DNA from: Betaproteobacteria bacterium
GTDB lineage: Bacteria; Pseudomonadota; Gammaproteobacteria; Burkholderiales; SG8-41
Direction of reading: 5' to 3'
Assembly: GCA_031399805.1 (NCBI GenBank)
Contig: JANNPG010000153.1
Location: forward strand, 1-56,012
DNA: 56,012 nucleotides
In this document: positions 10,534-21,936 of the stretch, piece after piece
How positions within the stretch are numbered: position 1 is the stretch's first letter
Layout of the letters: the number at the start of each line of letters is the position of its first letter
The notes under the pieces: model-generated
What the model saw: the letters and a program-made list of their open reading frames with translations, nothing else
The model's database searches: none
Told to the model about the DNA's origin: nothing
Position numbers and translations under genes: made by a program

Positions 10534-11337
10534 ATGCTCAAACTGCGTATCCTGACCGTTGCGTGCGCATTGCCGCTGGTGTTGGCGGCGATGTTTCTGC
10601 TGCCTCGCGCCTGGTGGCAGTTCGGGCTGCTGGTACCCGTGCTGGTTGCTGCACACGAATGGTCTAAGCTCGCCGGCTTTGGCCGCGTAACGAAAGCCGT
10701 GTTTCTGTTCACTGTTGTCGCGGGAACGGCATTGCTGTCGCTGATAGCAAATCCGGAGGCGACAGGCAAAGTGTGCGCGACGCTCGTCGCGCATGCCGTT
10801 TATGTATTCAGCGCGGGCTTCTGGCTCGTCATCGCGCCCTGCTGGTTATGGCTCAAATTAAGGGTGCGCAATCACCTTGCGCTGGCCGTTGCCGGTATCG
10901 TGGTGTTGCTGCCAACCTGGCTAGCGCTGGCGCAGCTGCAGAGCAATGCGTTCATGTTATTGCTGTTGCTGGGCGTGGTGTGGATCGCGGACACCGCGGC
11001 GTATGCCGCGGGGTGGGCGGTCGGCAAGCACAAGCTCGCACCGGCGATCAGTCCGGGCAAGACCTGGGAAGGAGTAGTCGGTGCGCTGGTTGCCGTCACG
11101 GTGTATGCTCTCGTCCTGAGTCTCACATGGTTTACCGTACAGGATTTTATTTTTATTTTGGTTGCATGTTTGGGTATGACGGTATTCAGTGTCGTTGGCG
11201 ATTTGTTCGAGTCGTGGCTCAAACGCTGCGCCGGGGTCAAGGACAGCGGCGCCATTCTGCCGGGACATGGCGGCATGCTCGATCGCATAGATGGTCTGGT
11301 GGCGGCAGTGCCGCTGGCGGCGCTGCTTTTTATTTGA
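10534..11337 (+). CDS. cdsA: Phosphatidate cytidylyltransferase
   Basis: Polytopic membrane protein with the C-terminal signature SxLKRxxGVKDSGxxLPGHGGxLDRID. Confidence 0.92.
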   Translation: MLKLRILTVACALPLVLAAMFLLPRAWWQFGLLVPVLVAAHEWSKLAGFGRVTKAVFLFTVVAGTALLSLIANPEATGKVCATLVAHAVYVFSAGFWLVIAPCWLWLKLRVRNHLALAVAGIVVLLPTWLALAQLQSNAFMLLLLLGVVWIADTAAYAAGWAVGKHKLAPAISPGKTWEGVVGALVAVTVYALVLSLTWFTVQDFIFILVACLGMTVFSVVGDLFESWLKRCAGVKDSGAILPGHGGMLDRIDGLVAAVPLAALLFI

Positions 11338-11347
11338 TGTCTGGCGC

Positions 11348-12571
11348 ATGAACAAACTACGGCATCTGGCGATTCTCGGTTCGACCGGCAGCGTCGGCGT
11401 GAATACGCTCGATGTCGTCGCCCGTCATCGCGACCGGTTTCAGGTCGTCGCGCTAACTGCGCATCATCAGATCGACCTGCTGTTCCGCCAGTGCATCGCA
11501 TTCGAACCGCAGTACGCGGTGATCGGCGAGGCACACGATGCGGAGCAGTTGCAGACCCGGTTACGCGCGCACGGCAACGCGACTGTGGTGCTCCATGGCG
11601 CACAGGCGCTTGAGGAGGTGGCCGGATTGCCGCAAGTCGATACGGTCATGGCGGCGATCGTCGGTATTGCAGGATTGCGCTCAAGTTTCGCCGCCGTGCA
11701 GGCCGGCAAACGCGTTTTACTGGCGAACAAGGAGGCGTTGGTCACGGCCGGTCCCGTATTCATGCACGCAGTGCGCAACTGCGGGGCGACTTTGCTGCCG
11801 ATCGACAGCGAGCACAATGCGGTGTTTCAGGCGTTGCCGCGGAGTTTTTCCGGCGATCTTGGCGAGATCGGCGTGCGCCGGATCATACTCACGGCGTCGG
11901 GTGGGCCGTTTCGCACCACACCCATTGAACGATTGCGAAATGTGACGCCCGCCGAAGCCTGCGCCCATCCCAACTGGGTGATGGGGCGCAAGATATCCGT
12001 CGATTCGGCGACGATGATGAACAAAGGGCTCGAAGTCATCGAGGCCAGCTGGCTGTTCAACGCCGACGACGCGAAAATCAATGTCGTCGTCCACCCCGAA
12101 AGCGTGATCCATTCGCTGGTCGAATATATTGACGGCTCGTTGCTCGCTCAACTCGGCAATCCCGATATGCGCACGCCGATCGCGTTTGCGCTTGGCTTTC
12201 CGGACCGCATCGATGCGGGGGTGGACGTCCTCGATCTGGCGATCTTGAACCAGCTCAATTTCTCGGCGCCGGATGCGGCGCGATTTCCGTGTCTGCGGCT
12301 GGCGCGCGAGGCGCTGCGTGCCGGCGGCAGCGCTCCGGCAGTGCTGAACGCAGCGAACGAGGTTGCAGTTGCGGCGTTTCTTGGTTGCAGGCTGCGATTT
12401 GACCAGATTCCCGAACTGATAGAGCACACCCTGGCGGGCGTCGCGGTAGTACCGTTGCGGGAAATCGACGACGTGTTCGCGGCCGACCTCACCGCGCGCG
12501 AGTGCGCGCACGCCTGGCTCGCGCGCCATGCGGCCGGCAGCGCCGGACGCCCGCTGCGCGCCTCCGCATAG
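11348..12571 (+). CDS. dxr: 1-deoxy-D-xylulose-5-phosphate reductoisomerase
   Basis: [29 protein letters not shown], and [27 protein letters not shown]. Confidence 0.95.
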   Translation: MNKLRHLAILGSTGSVGVNTLDVVARHRDRFQVVALTAHHQIDLLFRQCIAFEPQYAVIGEAHDAEQLQTRLRAHGNATVVLHGAQALEEVAGLPQVDTVMAAIVGIAGLRSSFAAVQAGKRVLLANKEALVTAGPVFMHAVRNCGATLLPIDSEHNAVFQALPRSFSGDLGEIGVRRIILTASGGPFRTTPIERLRNVTPAEACAHPNWVMGRKISVDSATMMNKGLEVIEASWLFNADDAKINVVVHPESVIHSLVEYIDGSLLAQLGNPDMRTPIAFALGFPDRIDAGVDVLDLAILNQLNFSAPDAARFPCLRLAREALRAGGSAPAVLNAANEVAVAAFLGCRLRFDQIPELIEHTLAGVAVVPLREIDDVFAADLTARECAHAWLARHAAGSAGRPLRASA

Positions 12572-12592
12572 ACACCGGATAGACCCATTACG

Positions 12593-13957
12593 ATGAATTT
12601 ACTGATCACCATAGCGGCGTTTGCATTTGCACTGGGTTCGCTGATTGTCGTGCATGAATTCGGTCACTATCTCGCGGCGAGACTGTGCAATGTCAAGGTG
12701 TTGCGATTTTCAGTGGGTTTCGGACGCGTGGTCGCAAGCCGCCGCTATGGCAAAGATGATACGGAGTGGGCGATTGCGGTGTTCCCGCTGGGTGGTTACG
12801 TAAAAATGCTCGACGAGCGTGAGGGCGAAGTCGCGGAACACGATTTTCCACGCGCCTTTAACCGGCAATCCGTATTCCGGCGATTCGTAATCGTGCTGGC
12901 GGGGCCGCTCGCCAATTTCCTGCTGGCGATTTTCCTGTACTGGATCTTATTTATGCACGGGGTGCCGGGAATAAAGCCGGTGATCGGCGCAGTGGCGCCG
13001 GATTCGCCTGCCGCCCACGCCCAATTCGCCGTCGGCGAATCCATCACGAGAATCGGCCCGGAAGCGGTCGCCACCTGGCAGGATGCGCGCTGGATATTGC
13101 TCAGGCACGCTGTTGATCGCGGCTCTGTCGCAATTGAAGTTCAAAACGAGCGCGCTGAAATCCATTTGCGCAAACTCGACTTGTCGCGTCTGCAGGCGGC
13201 TGATCTGGACGGAGACTTCCTGCGGGCATTGGGCTTCGCGCGATTCCAGCCGCCACTGCTGCCCGTCATCGGACGCGTGATACCGGGTGGCGCCGCGGAA
13301 CGCAGCGGATTGCTCGCCGGGGACGAAATCACCGCCATCGACCACACGCCGGTGAAGCGTTGGGACCAGGTGGTTGCCGTCATCGGCGCGAGCCCGCAGC
13401 GTCCGCTCATGCTCGATATCAGGCGCGCGAATGCGACATTGCAGGTGACGGTTACACCCGACGCGGTCATCGAAAATGCGGGCCGTATAGGTCGCATCGG
13501 CGTGGCTGCGCGCGTCGATGCCGATGCGATGCGGCCGTACCTAGTGGAAGTGCGGTATTCGCCGTGGGCAAGTTTCGGCAAGGCACTGGAGCGCACCTGG
13601 GATACTTCGATCTTCAGCTTGCGTATGCTGGGGAAAATGATGCTCGGCGAGGTTTCGCTCAAAAATCTGAGCGGCCCGATTACGATCGCCGATTATGCCG
13701 GCCAGTCGGCGCAGATCGGGTGGATTTCGTATCTCGTTTTTCTCGCCCTGATCAGCATCAGTCTGGGCGTGCTCAATTTATTGCCGATACCCTTATTGGA
13801 TGGCGGCCATTTGATGTATTATATACTTGAAATTGTTAAGGGAAGTCCGGTTTCGATCAAGACAATGGAAATCGGCCAGCAGATCGGTATGGGATTGTTA
13901 TTTCTGCTCATGGCTTTTGCGCTGTATAACGATATCACCAGGTTATTTAACGGTTGA
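12593..13957 (+). CDS. rseP: RIP zinc metalloprotease RseP
   Basis: HEFGHY zinc motif, PDZ region, and the C-terminal NLLPIPxLDGGH motif. Confidence 0.93.
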   Translation: MNLLITIAAFAFALGSLIVVHEFGHYLAARLCNVKVLRFSVGFGRVVASRRYGKDDTEWAIAVFPLGGYVKMLDEREGEVAEHDFPRAFNRQSVFRRFVIVLAGPLANFLLAIFLYWILFMHGVPGIKPVIGAVAPDSPAAHAQFAVGESITRIGPEAVATWQDARWILLRHAVDRGSVAIEVQNERAEIHLRKLDLSRLQAADLDGDFLRALGFARFQPPLLPVIGRVIPGGAAERSGLLAGDEITAIDHTPVKRWDQVVAVIGASPQRPLMLDIRRANATLQVTVTPDAVIENAGRIGRIGVAARVDADAMRPYLVEVRYSPWASFGKALERTWDTSIFSLRMLGKMMLGEVSLKNLSGPITIADYAGQSAQIGWISYLVFLALISISLGVLNLLPIPLLDGGHLMYYILEIVKGSPVSIKTMEIGQQIGMGLLFLLMAFALYNDITRLFNG

Positions 13958-13961
13958 CGCA

Positions 13962-16229
13962 ATGCGCTGCTACAAACACCTACTGTTCGTTCTCGCCACC
14001 GTCGTGGCATTGAGTGCCCAGGCTTTCGATCCTTTTGTGGTCAAGGATATCCGCATCGAAGGTATTCAGCGCACCGAAGCAGGAACCATATTCAGCTATC
14101 TGCCGGTCAAGGTCGGCGAAACCATGACCGACGACAAGGCCGCCCAGGCCATCCGTTCCTTGTATGCGACGGGTTTTTTCAAGGACGTCAGCCTTGAAGT
14201 TGATAATGGCGTGCTCATCGTGTCGGTGCAGGAACGGCCGTCGGTCGCGCAAATAGAAATCGTGGGGGCCAAGGAATTCAGCAAAGAGGATTTGTTGAAG
14301 GGGCTGCGCTCGATCGGGCTTGCGGACGGCCGCATTTTCGATCGCGGGCTGCTGGATAAATCCGAGCAGGAATTGAAACGGCAATATATCAGCCGGGGAA
14401 AATACTCGGCACAGATCACGACCACGACGACCCCGCTCGAGCGCAATCGAGTCGCCGTGCGCTTCGATATTATCGAAGGCGAGGTCGCAAAAATTCGCCA
14501 GATCAGTGTCGTCGGCAATCAGGTGTTCAAGGAAAAGGATCTGCTCGGACTATTCAAGCTGCGCACGCCGGGGCTGCTGACGTGGTTCAGCAAGGACGAT
14601 CAATACTCCAAACAGAAACTGGCGGCCGATCTCGAAACGCTGCGCTCGTATTATCTCGATCGCGGGTATCTCGAGTTCAATGTCGACTCGACCCAGGTGT
14701 CGATCACGCCCGACAAGAAGGACGTTTACATTACCATCGGCGTAACCGAGGGTGCGCAATACACCGTGTCGGATGTCAAGCTGGCGGGAGAAACGCTGAT
14801 CCCGCAAACCGAGGCGCGCGCGCTGATCAAACTCAAGGCCGGCGAAATTTTCTCGCGTAACAAGCTCACCGAATCGACCAAGCTCCTGAGCGACCGCATC
14901 GGTAACGAGGGCTACGCGTTCGCGAACGTTAATGCAGTGCCGGAACTCGACAAGGAAAAGCGCAAGGTCGCCTTTACGTTCTTCGTCGATCCGGGGCGGC
15001 GCGTTTACATCAGGCGCATCAACGTTACGGGCAACACCCGCACGCGGGACGAAGTGATACGGCGCGAGATGCGTCAGCTCGAGGGCGGTTGGTATTCGGC
15101 TGAAAAGATCACGAAGTCCAAGCAGCGCATCGACCGGCTGGGATATTTTTCCGACGTAAACGTCGAAACGCCGAGCGTTCCCGGCACCACAGACCAGGTC
15201 GATCTCAATATCAATGTTACGGAGAAGCCGACCGGTAATATCCTGTTGGGCGCGGGGTTCGGCAGCGAAGGTATCGTGCTGAGCGGCGGCATCACGCAAC
15301 AAAACGTGTTCGGATCGGGTAACCATCTGGGGCTGCAAATTAATTCGAGCAAGCTCAATACGCTTTATTCGCTGTCGTTTACCCAGCCGTACTGGACCGT
15401 CGACGGTGTGAGCCGGGGATTCGATGTTTATTATCGCAAGACCAATCCCGAATCGCTTGGACTCGGGTTGTATACAACGTCGACTGCGGGCGGCATGCTG
15501 CGCTTCGGCGTGCCGTTCACCGACATCGACACCGTCACTTTCGGGCTGGGCTATGAAGGCACCAGTATCACGGCTCTTGACGGCGCGCCGCTGCGGATTA
15601 CCAGCTACATAAGTACTTTCGGTACTTCCAATACCACTGCAATGGGCACCGTGGGCTGGGGCCGGGATACGCGGGACAGCGCGATTTATCCCACTTCGGG
15701 CGCCGTTACGCGCGCCAATCTCGATTCGGGTTTGCCCGGGGGCACGCTGCGCTTTTACAAGCTGAGTGCGGAGCATAAAAGATATATTCCGCTGAGTTCC
15801 AATTTCACGTTTTACTACAACGCCGAGGCCGGCTACGGTAACGGCTACAATGGTTTGCCGTTGCCGTTTTTCCGGAATTTCTATGCCGGCGGTCCGAATT
15901 CAGTGCGCGGTTTTTCCCCGGGCACCATCGGACCAAAAGATGCGAATGGCGATCCCACCGGCGGCAACACCAAGCTGGTCGGCAATGTGGAACTGCTGTT
16001 TCCGTTCCCCGGCCTGCCGAACGACAAGTCGATCCGCGTTTCCGCATTCGTGGATGGCGGCATAATCGGTTCTAATTATTCGTTCGCTGATGGCAACGCT
16101 TCCGCCGGCATCGCCGTGCTCTACGTATCGGCGTTCGGGCCTTTAAAAGTCAGCTTTGCGCAGCCGCTCAAATCGCAAGTCGGCGACCGGCCGCAAAAAA
16201 TCCAGTTCCAGTTCGGGCAGCAGTTTTAG
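13962..16229 (+). CDS. bamA: Outer membrane protein assembly factor BamA
   Basis: Signal peptide, POTRA repeats (VKDIRIEGIQRT...), and a C-terminal beta-barrel ending in QFQFGQQF. ATG 13962 follows the rseP stop. Confidence 0.93.
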   Translation: MRCYKHLLFVLATVVALSAQAFDPFVVKDIRIEGIQRTEAGTIFSYLPVKVGETMTDDKAAQAIRSLYATGFFKDVSLEVDNGVLIVSVQERPSVAQIEIVGAKEFSKEDLLKGLRSIGLADGRIFDRGLLDKSEQELKRQYISRGKYSAQITTTTTPLERNRVAVRFDIIEGEVAKIRQISVVGNQVFKEKDLLGLFKLRTPGLLTWFSKDDQYSKQKLAADLETLRSYYLDRGYLEFNVDSTQVSITPDKKDVYITIGVTEGAQYTVSDVKLAGETLIPQTEARALIKLKAGEIFSRNKLTESTKLLSDRIGNEGYAFANVNAVPELDKEKRKVAFTFFVDPGRRVYIRRINVTGNTRTRDEVIRREMRQLEGGWYSAEKITKSKQRIDRLGYFSDVNVETPSVPGTTDQVDLNINVTEKPTGNILLGAGFGSEGIVLSGGITQQNVFGSGNHLGLQINSSKLNTLYSLSFTQPYWTVDGVSRGFDVYYRKTNPESLGLGLYTTSTAGGMLRFGVPFTDIDTVTFGLGYEGTSITALDGAPLRITSYISTFGTSNTTAMGTVGWGRDTRDSAIYPTSGAVTRANLDSGLPGGTLRFYKLSAEHKRYIPLSSNFTFYYNAEAGYGNGYNGLPLPFFRNFYAGGPNSVRGFSPGTIGPKDANGDPTGGNTKLVGNVELLFPFPGLPNDKSIRVSAFVDGGIIGSNYSFADGNASAGIAVLYVSAFGPLKVSFAQPLKSQVGDRPQKIQFQFGQQF

Positions 16230-16282
16230 CGCGATGGCCGGCGCCCGGACGAACCGGTTAATGCAAGCGTAAGGAGACGACG

Positions 16283-16792
16283 TTGAAGCAATTACACTCT
16301 TTCGTATTGGCGGCTGCGCTGGCGGCCGCCAGTTTATTGGCGCACGCACAGGCGGCGGACCTCAAGGTCGGATTTATCGATGCCGATCGCATCAACCGGG
16401 AATCGGTACCGGCGGAGCGTGCGACCAAAAAGCTCGAGAAGGAATTCGCTCCGCGCGAGCAGGAGCTGCGGAAAATGGAAACGCAGATCAAGAACCTTCA
16501 GGGACAGCTCGAAAAAGACGGCCTGACCATGAGCGAGTCCGACCGGCGAAGCAAGGAGACCGAGCTCGGCCGTCAGACGCGCGAGTTTCAGCGCCTGCAG
16601 CGCGAGTTTCGTGAAGATCTGAATCTGCGCCGCAACGAAGAGCTTGCATCGCTGTTCGAGCGCGCGAACAAGGTTATCAGGGGTATTGCCGAGTCGGAAA
16701 AATTCGACCTTATCCTGCAGGAAGCGGTCTACCGCAGCCCGCGTATCGACATTACCGAAAAGGTCCTCAAAGCGCTCGCCGCCGAGAAATAG
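16283..16792 (+). CDS. skp: OmpH/Skp periplasmic chaperone
   Basis: Signal peptide ...LLAHAQA followed by a coiled-coil-rich 170-aa protein. It sits in the conserved position between bamA and lpxD. AGGAG lies upstream of TTG 16283. Confidence 0.85.
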   Translation: MKQLHSFVLAAALAAASLLAHAQAADLKVGFIDADRINRESVPAERATKKLEKEFAPREQELRKMETQIKNLQGQLEKDGLTMSESDRRSKETELGRQTREFQRLQREFREDLNLRRNEELASLFERANKVIRGIAESEKFDLILQEAVYRSPRIDITEKVLKALAAEK

Positions 16793-16850
16793 TCATGCCA
16801 CATCGCTGCATGGACTGAATACAGGCACGGATGCGCTGTCGGGACGGAAA

Positions 16851-17903
16851 GTGAAATTGACCAGGCGCAAGTCCTACAGACTTGGTGACATCGTCAGCAA
16901 GTTGGGTGGTGAACTATATGGCGATCCCGGCATCCGCATCAGACAGGTAGCGACGCTGGAATCGGCGGGCGCCGGAGATATCACCTTCGTTTCCCAATCC
17001 CGTTATCTTACCCGGCTTGATCAATCCCTGGCGGCCGCCGTCATACTCGGCACCGACGCGCGTGCCGCCACCGTCCTGCCGCGGATAATTTGCGATAATC
17101 CCTACGCCTATTTCGCAAAAGTCTCGAGCCTGCTCAATCCGCCGCCGCCAGTTACGCCGGGCATACACAAGCGCGCGGTGGTGGATCGCTCGGCACGCGT
17201 GTCAAAATCGGCCAGCGTCGGTGCGGGTGCGGTTATCGGCAAGCGCGCGCACATTGCACAGCGCGCGGAAATCGGTGCGGGCTGCTTTATTGGAGATGAC
17301 GCGACGATCGGCGCGGGCACCCGCTTGCATGCGAATGTTACGGTATATCACGAGTGCCGGATCGGCGCGCGTTGCATCGTGCACAGCGGGGCGGTGATAG
17401 GTGCCGACGGATTTGGCATCGCAAAGGAGGATGGGGTCTGGATGAAAATCCCGCAGATCGGGCGTGTCGTGATCGGTGAGGATGTGGAAATCGGGGCCAA
17501 TACCACGATAGACAGAGGAGCGCTGGACGATACCGTCATTGAGGACGGCGTCAAGCTCGACAACCAGATACAGATCGCGCATAACGTCACCATCGGCGCC
17601 TACACGGCGATTGCGGCATGCGTGGGTATTGCGGGAAGCGCAACAATCGGCCGCAACTGTGCGCTCGGCGGTGCGGCTATGATCTACGGACACATCACGA
17701 TTGCCGACAACATAAACATATCAGCGGGCACGCTCATCATGAAATCGCTGGATGAGCCCGGCACGTATACGGGCGTCTATCCGTTCTCAACCCATCAGCG
17801 CTGGCTCAGGAACGCCGCTCAACTGCGCCAGCTTGATGATCTCGCACAGCGGGTGCGAGAACTTGAAGGCAGGCTCGGCAAGGAAAAAAGGAATAAGCCG
17901 TGA
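16851..17903 (+). CDS. lpxD: UDP-3-O-acylglucosamine N-acyltransferase
   Basis: [18 protein letters not shown]-terminus and hexapeptide left-handed beta-helix repeats. GTG 16851 is chosen to avoid overlap with skp. Confidence 0.9.
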   Translation: MKLTRRKSYRLGDIVSKLGGELYGDPGIRIRQVATLESAGAGDITFVSQSRYLTRLDQSLAAAVILGTDARAATVLPRIICDNPYAYFAKVSSLLNPPPPVTPGIHKRAVVDRSARVSKSASVGAGAVIGKRAHIAQRAEIGAGCFIGDDATIGAGTRLHANVTVYHECRIGARCIVHSGAVIGADGFGIAKEDGVWMKIPQIGRVVIGEDVEIGANTTIDRGALDDTVIEDGVKLDNQIQIAHNVTIGAYTAIAACVGIAGSATIGRNCALGGAAMIYGHITIADNINISAGTLIMKSLDEPGTYTGVYPFSTHQRWLRNAAQLRQLDDLAQRVRELEGRLGKEKRNKP

Positions 17904-18358
17904 ACAGCATGGACATCCACCAGATACTCGAATTGCTTCCGCATCGATACCCGTTGTTGCTGGTGGACAAGGTGCTGACTTGCGAACCGGGCAAGCGCAT
18001 CGTCGCCATCAAGAACGTCACGATCAACGAGCATTATTTTGCCGGCCATTTTCCGCATCACCCGGTCATGCCGGGCGTGCTGATCATAGAAGCGCTTGCG
18101 CAAGCCGCCGCGATCCTGACTTTCAAGACCCACGATCACAAGGCGGACGACAACTCGGTCTATTATTTCGTGGGAATCGACAAGGCGCGCTTCAAGAAAC
18201 CGGTGCTGCCGGGAGACACGCTTGAGCTCCACGCCGAGATCAGGCGTTTTGCGCGCGGCATCTGGTGGTTTTCGGCGCGCGCGAAGGTTAAGGACCAGGT
18301 GGTGACCACGGCCGATCTCATGTGCACGCTGCGCCCGATCGACGGCAAGATTGCGTAG
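17900..18358 (+). CDS. fabZ: 3-hydroxyacyl-ACP dehydratase FabZ
   Basis: [11 protein letters not shown] and [19 protein letters not shown]. Confidence 0.95.
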   Translation: MNSMDIHQILELLPHRYPLLLVDKVLTCEPGKRIVAIKNVTINEHYFAGHFPHHPVMPGVLIIEALAQAAAILTFKTHDHKADDNSVYYFVGIDKARFKKPVLPGDTLELHAEIRRFARGIWWFSARAKVKDQVVTTADLMCTLRPIDGKIA

Positions 18359-18371
18359 CCGATAGTCGATC

Positions 18372-19148
18372 TTGGCGGCGATACATCCCACGGCCATCGT
18401 CCACCCCGGCGCGCGTCTTGCAGACGACGTTGAAATCGGCGCCTATACGCTGATCGGCGAGTACGTCGAGATCGGCAACAGGTGCCGCATCGGACCGCAT
18501 GCGGTCATTACCGGGCACACCCGCATCGGTTGCGATAACCGGATCTTCCAGTTCGTGTCGCTCGGCGAGGCGCCGCAGGACAAGAAGTACGCCGGCGAGC
18601 CGACGCGGCTCGAAATCGGCGATCGCAACACGATACGCGAGTTCTGCACCTTCAATTGCGGTACCGTGCAGGATGCCGGCGTGACGCGGCTCGGCAGCGA
18701 CAACTGGGTCATGGCTTACGTGCATCTCGCGCACGATTGTCAGGTTGGAAATCACGCCATATTCGCCAACAATTCGCAGCTCGCCGGCCACGTGCGGGTC
18801 GACGATTACGCGATACTCGGCGGCTTTACCGCCGTGCATCAGTTCTGCCATATCGGCGCGCACAGCATCACGGCCATTGGCACTGTCGTGCTGCAGGACG
18901 TGCCGCCGTTTGTCACTGCATCCGGCAATACGGCGCAACCGTATGGAATCAATGCTGAAGGCCTGAAGCGCCGCGGCTTTTCAGCGCCGACCATCGCGCT
19001 GATCAAGCGTGCTTACAAAACGCTGTACAAAGCCGGGCTGAGCCTGGAAGACGCGAAGCGTGAGATCGGCGCGCAGGTCGGCGATTGCCGCGAGTTGCAA
19101 TTATTGCTGGATTTTCTCGATAATTCCACGCGTGGCATTATCCGCTGA
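18372..19148 (+). CDS. lpxA: Acyl-ACP--UDP-N-acetylglucosamine O-acyltransferase
   Basis: IHPTAIV, hexapeptide repeats, and a C-terminal helical domain. Confidence 0.93.
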   Translation: MAAIHPTAIVHPGARLADDVEIGAYTLIGEYVEIGNRCRIGPHAVITGHTRIGCDNRIFQFVSLGEAPQDKKYAGEPTRLEIGDRNTIREFCTFNCGTVQDAGVTRLGSDNWVMAYVHLAHDCQVGNHAIFANNSQLAGHVRVDDYAILGGFTAVHQFCHIGAHSITAIGTVVLQDVPPFVTASGNTAQPYGINAEGLKRRGFSAPTIALIKRAYKTLYKAGLSLEDAKREIGAQVGDCRELQLLLDFLDNSTRGIIR

Positions 19149-20301
19149 GCATCCGGCGCGCCCGCGCACCATCGCTATCGTCGCGGGGGAGGCGTCAGGC
19201 GACCTGCTCGGCAGCCAGTTGATCGGTGCGCTGCGCGAATTGCTGCCGCAGTTGCGGGTAGTCGGTATCGGCGGGCCGCGCATGGAGTCCGCGGGCATGG
19301 ATGTCTGGTTCCCGCTGGAAAAACTCGCCGTGCGCGGTTATTTTGAAGTCATTCGGCATTTTGCGGAAATTGTCGGCATACGCCGCAAATTACGCCGCCG
19401 CCTGCTCGCGAATCCGCCCGATGTCTTCATCGGTATCGATGCGCCTGATTTCAATCTGGATCTCGAGCGCAGCCTGAAGGCGCGCGGCATTCCAACGGTG
19501 CATTACGTCAGTCCCGCGATCTGGATGTGGCGCAAGGAGCGGTTACAGAAAATAAAGCGCGCAGTCACCAAGATGCTGACGTTGTTTCCGTTTGAAGAGG
19601 CGCTGTATAAAGACGCCGGCGTAGACGTTGCGTTTGTCGGCCACCCGCTTACCGATTTGCTGGACGATCTGCCGCGCGGGGCCGCTGCACGCGAGCAACT
19701 CAAATTGCCGCCGTTGCTGCCGATATTCGCACTATTGCCGGGAAGCCGGCAAAGCGAACTCCAGCATATGGCTGATTTGTTCATTCAGACGGCGAAATTG
19801 ATACATGCGCGCGTGCCGCAGGTCCTGTTCCTGGCGCCGCTCACGACCCGCGAAACGCGCGCGATGTTCGAGACCGCGCTGTATCGCAACGATGCGGCCG
19901 ATCTGCCGCTGACCATCATGTTCGGCCACGCCCAGGACGCGATAGCCGCTGCCGACGTCGTGCTCGTCGCCTCGGGAACGGCCACGCTGGAGGCGGCGTT
20001 ACTCTGCAAGCCGATGGTGATCACGTATAAAATGCCGCGCGCCAGCTACTGGCTGCTGCAGGGAAAGGGCTATTTGCCGTATTACGGCCTGCCCAATATC
20101 CTCGCGAAAGAATTCGTGGTGCCGGAAATCATCCAGGACGATGCGACGCCGCAAAATCTGGCGCAGGCATTGCTCAATATTCTGGCTGACGTCCCGCTGC
20201 GCGCGCGGCTCGCGCGCAAGTTCGCGGCGATGAGCGCGAGCCTGAGCCGCGGCGCAGCCCGTCAGGCGGCGCTCGCCGTGCTGCCCTTGCTGCGCAATTG
20301 A
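19132..20301 (+). CDS. lpxB: Lipid-A-disaccharide synthase
   Basis: [18 protein letters not shown] and DAPDFNL. The start is uncertain: GTG 19132 is the only in-frame start near the lpxA stop, and it overlaps lpxA by 17 nt. Confidence 0.88.
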   Translation: MALSAEHPARPRTIAIVAGEASGDLLGSQLIGALRELLPQLRVVGIGGPRMESAGMDVWFPLEKLAVRGYFEVIRHFAEIVGIRRKLRRRLLANPPDVFIGIDAPDFNLDLERSLKARGIPTVHYVSPAIWMWRKERLQKIKRAVTKMLTLFPFEEALYKDAGVDVAFVGHPLTDLLDDLPRGAAAREQLKLPPLLPIFALLPGSRQSELQHMADLFIQTAKLIHARVPQVLFLAPLTTRETRAMFETALYRNDAADLPLTIMFGHAQDAIAAADVVLVASGTATLEAALLCKPMVITYKMPRASYWLLQGKGYLPYYGLPNILAKEFVVPEIIQDDATPQNLAQALLNILADVPLRARLARKFAAMSASLSRGAARQAALAVLPLLRN

Positions 20302-20302
20302 T

Positions 20303-20866
20303 ATGATCTGCGGCGTGGACGAGGCGGGGCGCGGCCCCCTCGCAGGCCCCGTGTTCGCCGCGGCGGTTATGCTGGGGCCGGCCCACGGTATTGTCGGGCT
20401 GGCGGATTCGAAAAAACTCAGCGCCCGGCAGCGCACGGCGCTCGCCGCGCGGATCAGGCAATCTGCGGTCGCATGGGCGGTGGCCAGCGCGTCGGTAGAC
20501 GAAATCGATACGCTCAATATTCTGCAGGCGACCCTGCTCGCGATGCGGCGCGCGGTGGAGTCCTTGCAATCGACGCCGACCGAGGTGCTGGTCGACGGGC
20601 TTTACTGTCCGGCTATTGCGCAACCGGTACGCGCGATTGTGCGGGGTGACAGCTCGGTGGCGGAAATTTCCGCAGCGTCGATACTCGCAAAAACGGCACG
20701 CGACGCGCTAATGCTTGAGCTGCACGTGCAATACCCGGACTACGGGTTCGACCGCCACAAGGGCTATCCAACGCCGGAGCACCTGCGGGCATTGCGTGCT
20801 CATGGCGCGTCAGCCGTGCATAGACGCTCGTTCGCGCCCGTCAGGTCATTGCTCGGTGGCGGCTGA
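20303..20866 (+). CDS. rnhB: Ribonuclease HII
   Basis: [16 protein letters not shown] and DSKKLS. Confidence 0.94.
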   Translation: MICGVDEAGRGPLAGPVFAAAVMLGPAHGIVGLADSKKLSARQRTALAARIRQSAVAWAVASASVDEIDTLNILQATLLAMRRAVESLQSTPTEVLVDGLYCPAIAQPVRAIVRGDSSVAEISAASILAKTARDALMLELHVQYPDYGFDRHKGYPTPEHLRALRAHGASAVHRRSFAPVRSLLGGG

Positions 20867-20875
20867 GGTTGTTTT

Positions 20876-20918
20876 CTAAGCGCCTGTTTCAGAATGATCT
20901 TAAGCAGGCGCCGCTTAG
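20876..20918. terminator. Imperfect hairpin between the convergent rnhB and glycosyltransferase genes; possible bidirectional terminator
   Basis: CTAAGCGCCTG ... CAGGCGCCGCTTAG, with a 3-nt bulge and an 18-nt loop. There is no clear T-run. Confidence 0.35.
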
Positions 20919-20958
20919 CGGAGTATGAAGGGATGTGTTCCCTTATTTTGCAACGCCC

Positions 20959-21909
20959 CTAAGGCTGCAGTTCCTGCAAAAGTTGGCGCAATGCCCGCTT
21001 TTCGCGTGTCGTGCGAGTCAACCCCCGGCGTGCGGTGCACTGGCGCTTGAGCCGGCGATAGAATTCCGGGTCGGACTCGGCCCGTGCGAGCAGGCGCGCC
21101 AGCGCGCGTTCGTTGCCGAGCGGATAGTAGCCCGCGTAGCCGCGGCCGAGCATGCCGATATTGCCGGGAACGCGCGACGCGATCACCGGCACGCCCGCCG
21201 CCAGCGCCTCCGTAACGACGTTGGCGCCGCCCTCCATGCGCGAACTGATGACCATCAGGCGCGCGCGCGCCAATTGCCGCAACGCGGCGCCGTGCGGCAA
21301 TTCGCCGATCCAGCGGTAGCGCGGCTCGCGATTCGTCCAGCGGCGTGCTTCGCGCGTCATCGCAGCGCTCATCGCGCCGCCAATTTGCACTGCGCGTATG
21401 CGGCTTTGCGCGGGCAGATACTGCAATGAGGCCACCAGCCTGAACGGATCCTTGACCTCGCGCAGATGGCCGCTGGTGCATACTTCGAAACAGGAGGTGA
21501 GAGGCGCCCCGCACTTGACCGGCTGTGCCGACTGGTAGATGACACGGGTTTTCCTGCGCAGTGCCGGGGTAAGCTCGGCCAGCCCCTGCTCCTGCAATAC
21601 GACCAGGCGCGTCGCCAGCCGTAGCGACCGCTTTGCCGCCGCATCAATACGGATATCGTGATAGAGGTCGGTACCGGTGAGCATCAGCACCAGCGGGCGC
21701 TGCGGGTACACACCGGCGAAGTCTGCAATCGAGGCGTGGCTGCGCCGCGCGTGCAGTGCGATCATGAGATCCGCGGGTTTGCCGTCCCAGCGTGTTTGCA
21801 CGTGAACGCTGTGACCCAGTGCACGCAGCAATTGCGCCCAGCGCACGGCGGTATTGCGATTGCCGGAATGGGCGACGGGTCGCGCCGGTGTGACGAGGAC
21901 GATTTTCAT
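20959..21909 (-). CDS. Family-1-like glycosyltransferase resembling the SenB (selenosugar synthase, TIGR04348-type) family
   Basis: A 316-aa GT-B-like protein with the C-terminal SRMEGGANVVTEALAAGVPVIAS motif. It sits head-to-head with an EgtB/SenA-like gene. The family assignment is from memory of that gene pairing, not from a search. Confidence 0.6.
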   Translation of the reverse strand: MKIVLVTPARPVAHSGNRNTAVRWAQLLRALGHSVHVQTRWDGKPADLMIALHARRSHASIADFAGVYPQRPLVLMLTGTDLYHDIRIDAAAKRSLRLATRLVVLQEQGLAELTPALRRKTRVIYQSAQPVKCGAPLTSCFEVCTSGHLREVKDPFRLVASLQYLPAQSRIRAVQIGGAMSAAMTREARRWTNREPRYRWIGELPHGAALRQLARARLMVISSRMEGGANVVTEALAAGVPVIASRVPGNIGMLGRGYAGYYPLGNERALARLLARAESDPEFYRRLKRQCTARRGLTRTTREKRALRQLLQELQP

Positions 21910-21936
21910 GCGCTGCCGATAAGTTAGAATGCTTGC

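Noticed and set aside
14550-15776. 408-aa minus-strand ORF inside bamA.
   Set aside because: It is antisense to bamA and Arg-rich, with no domain signatures.
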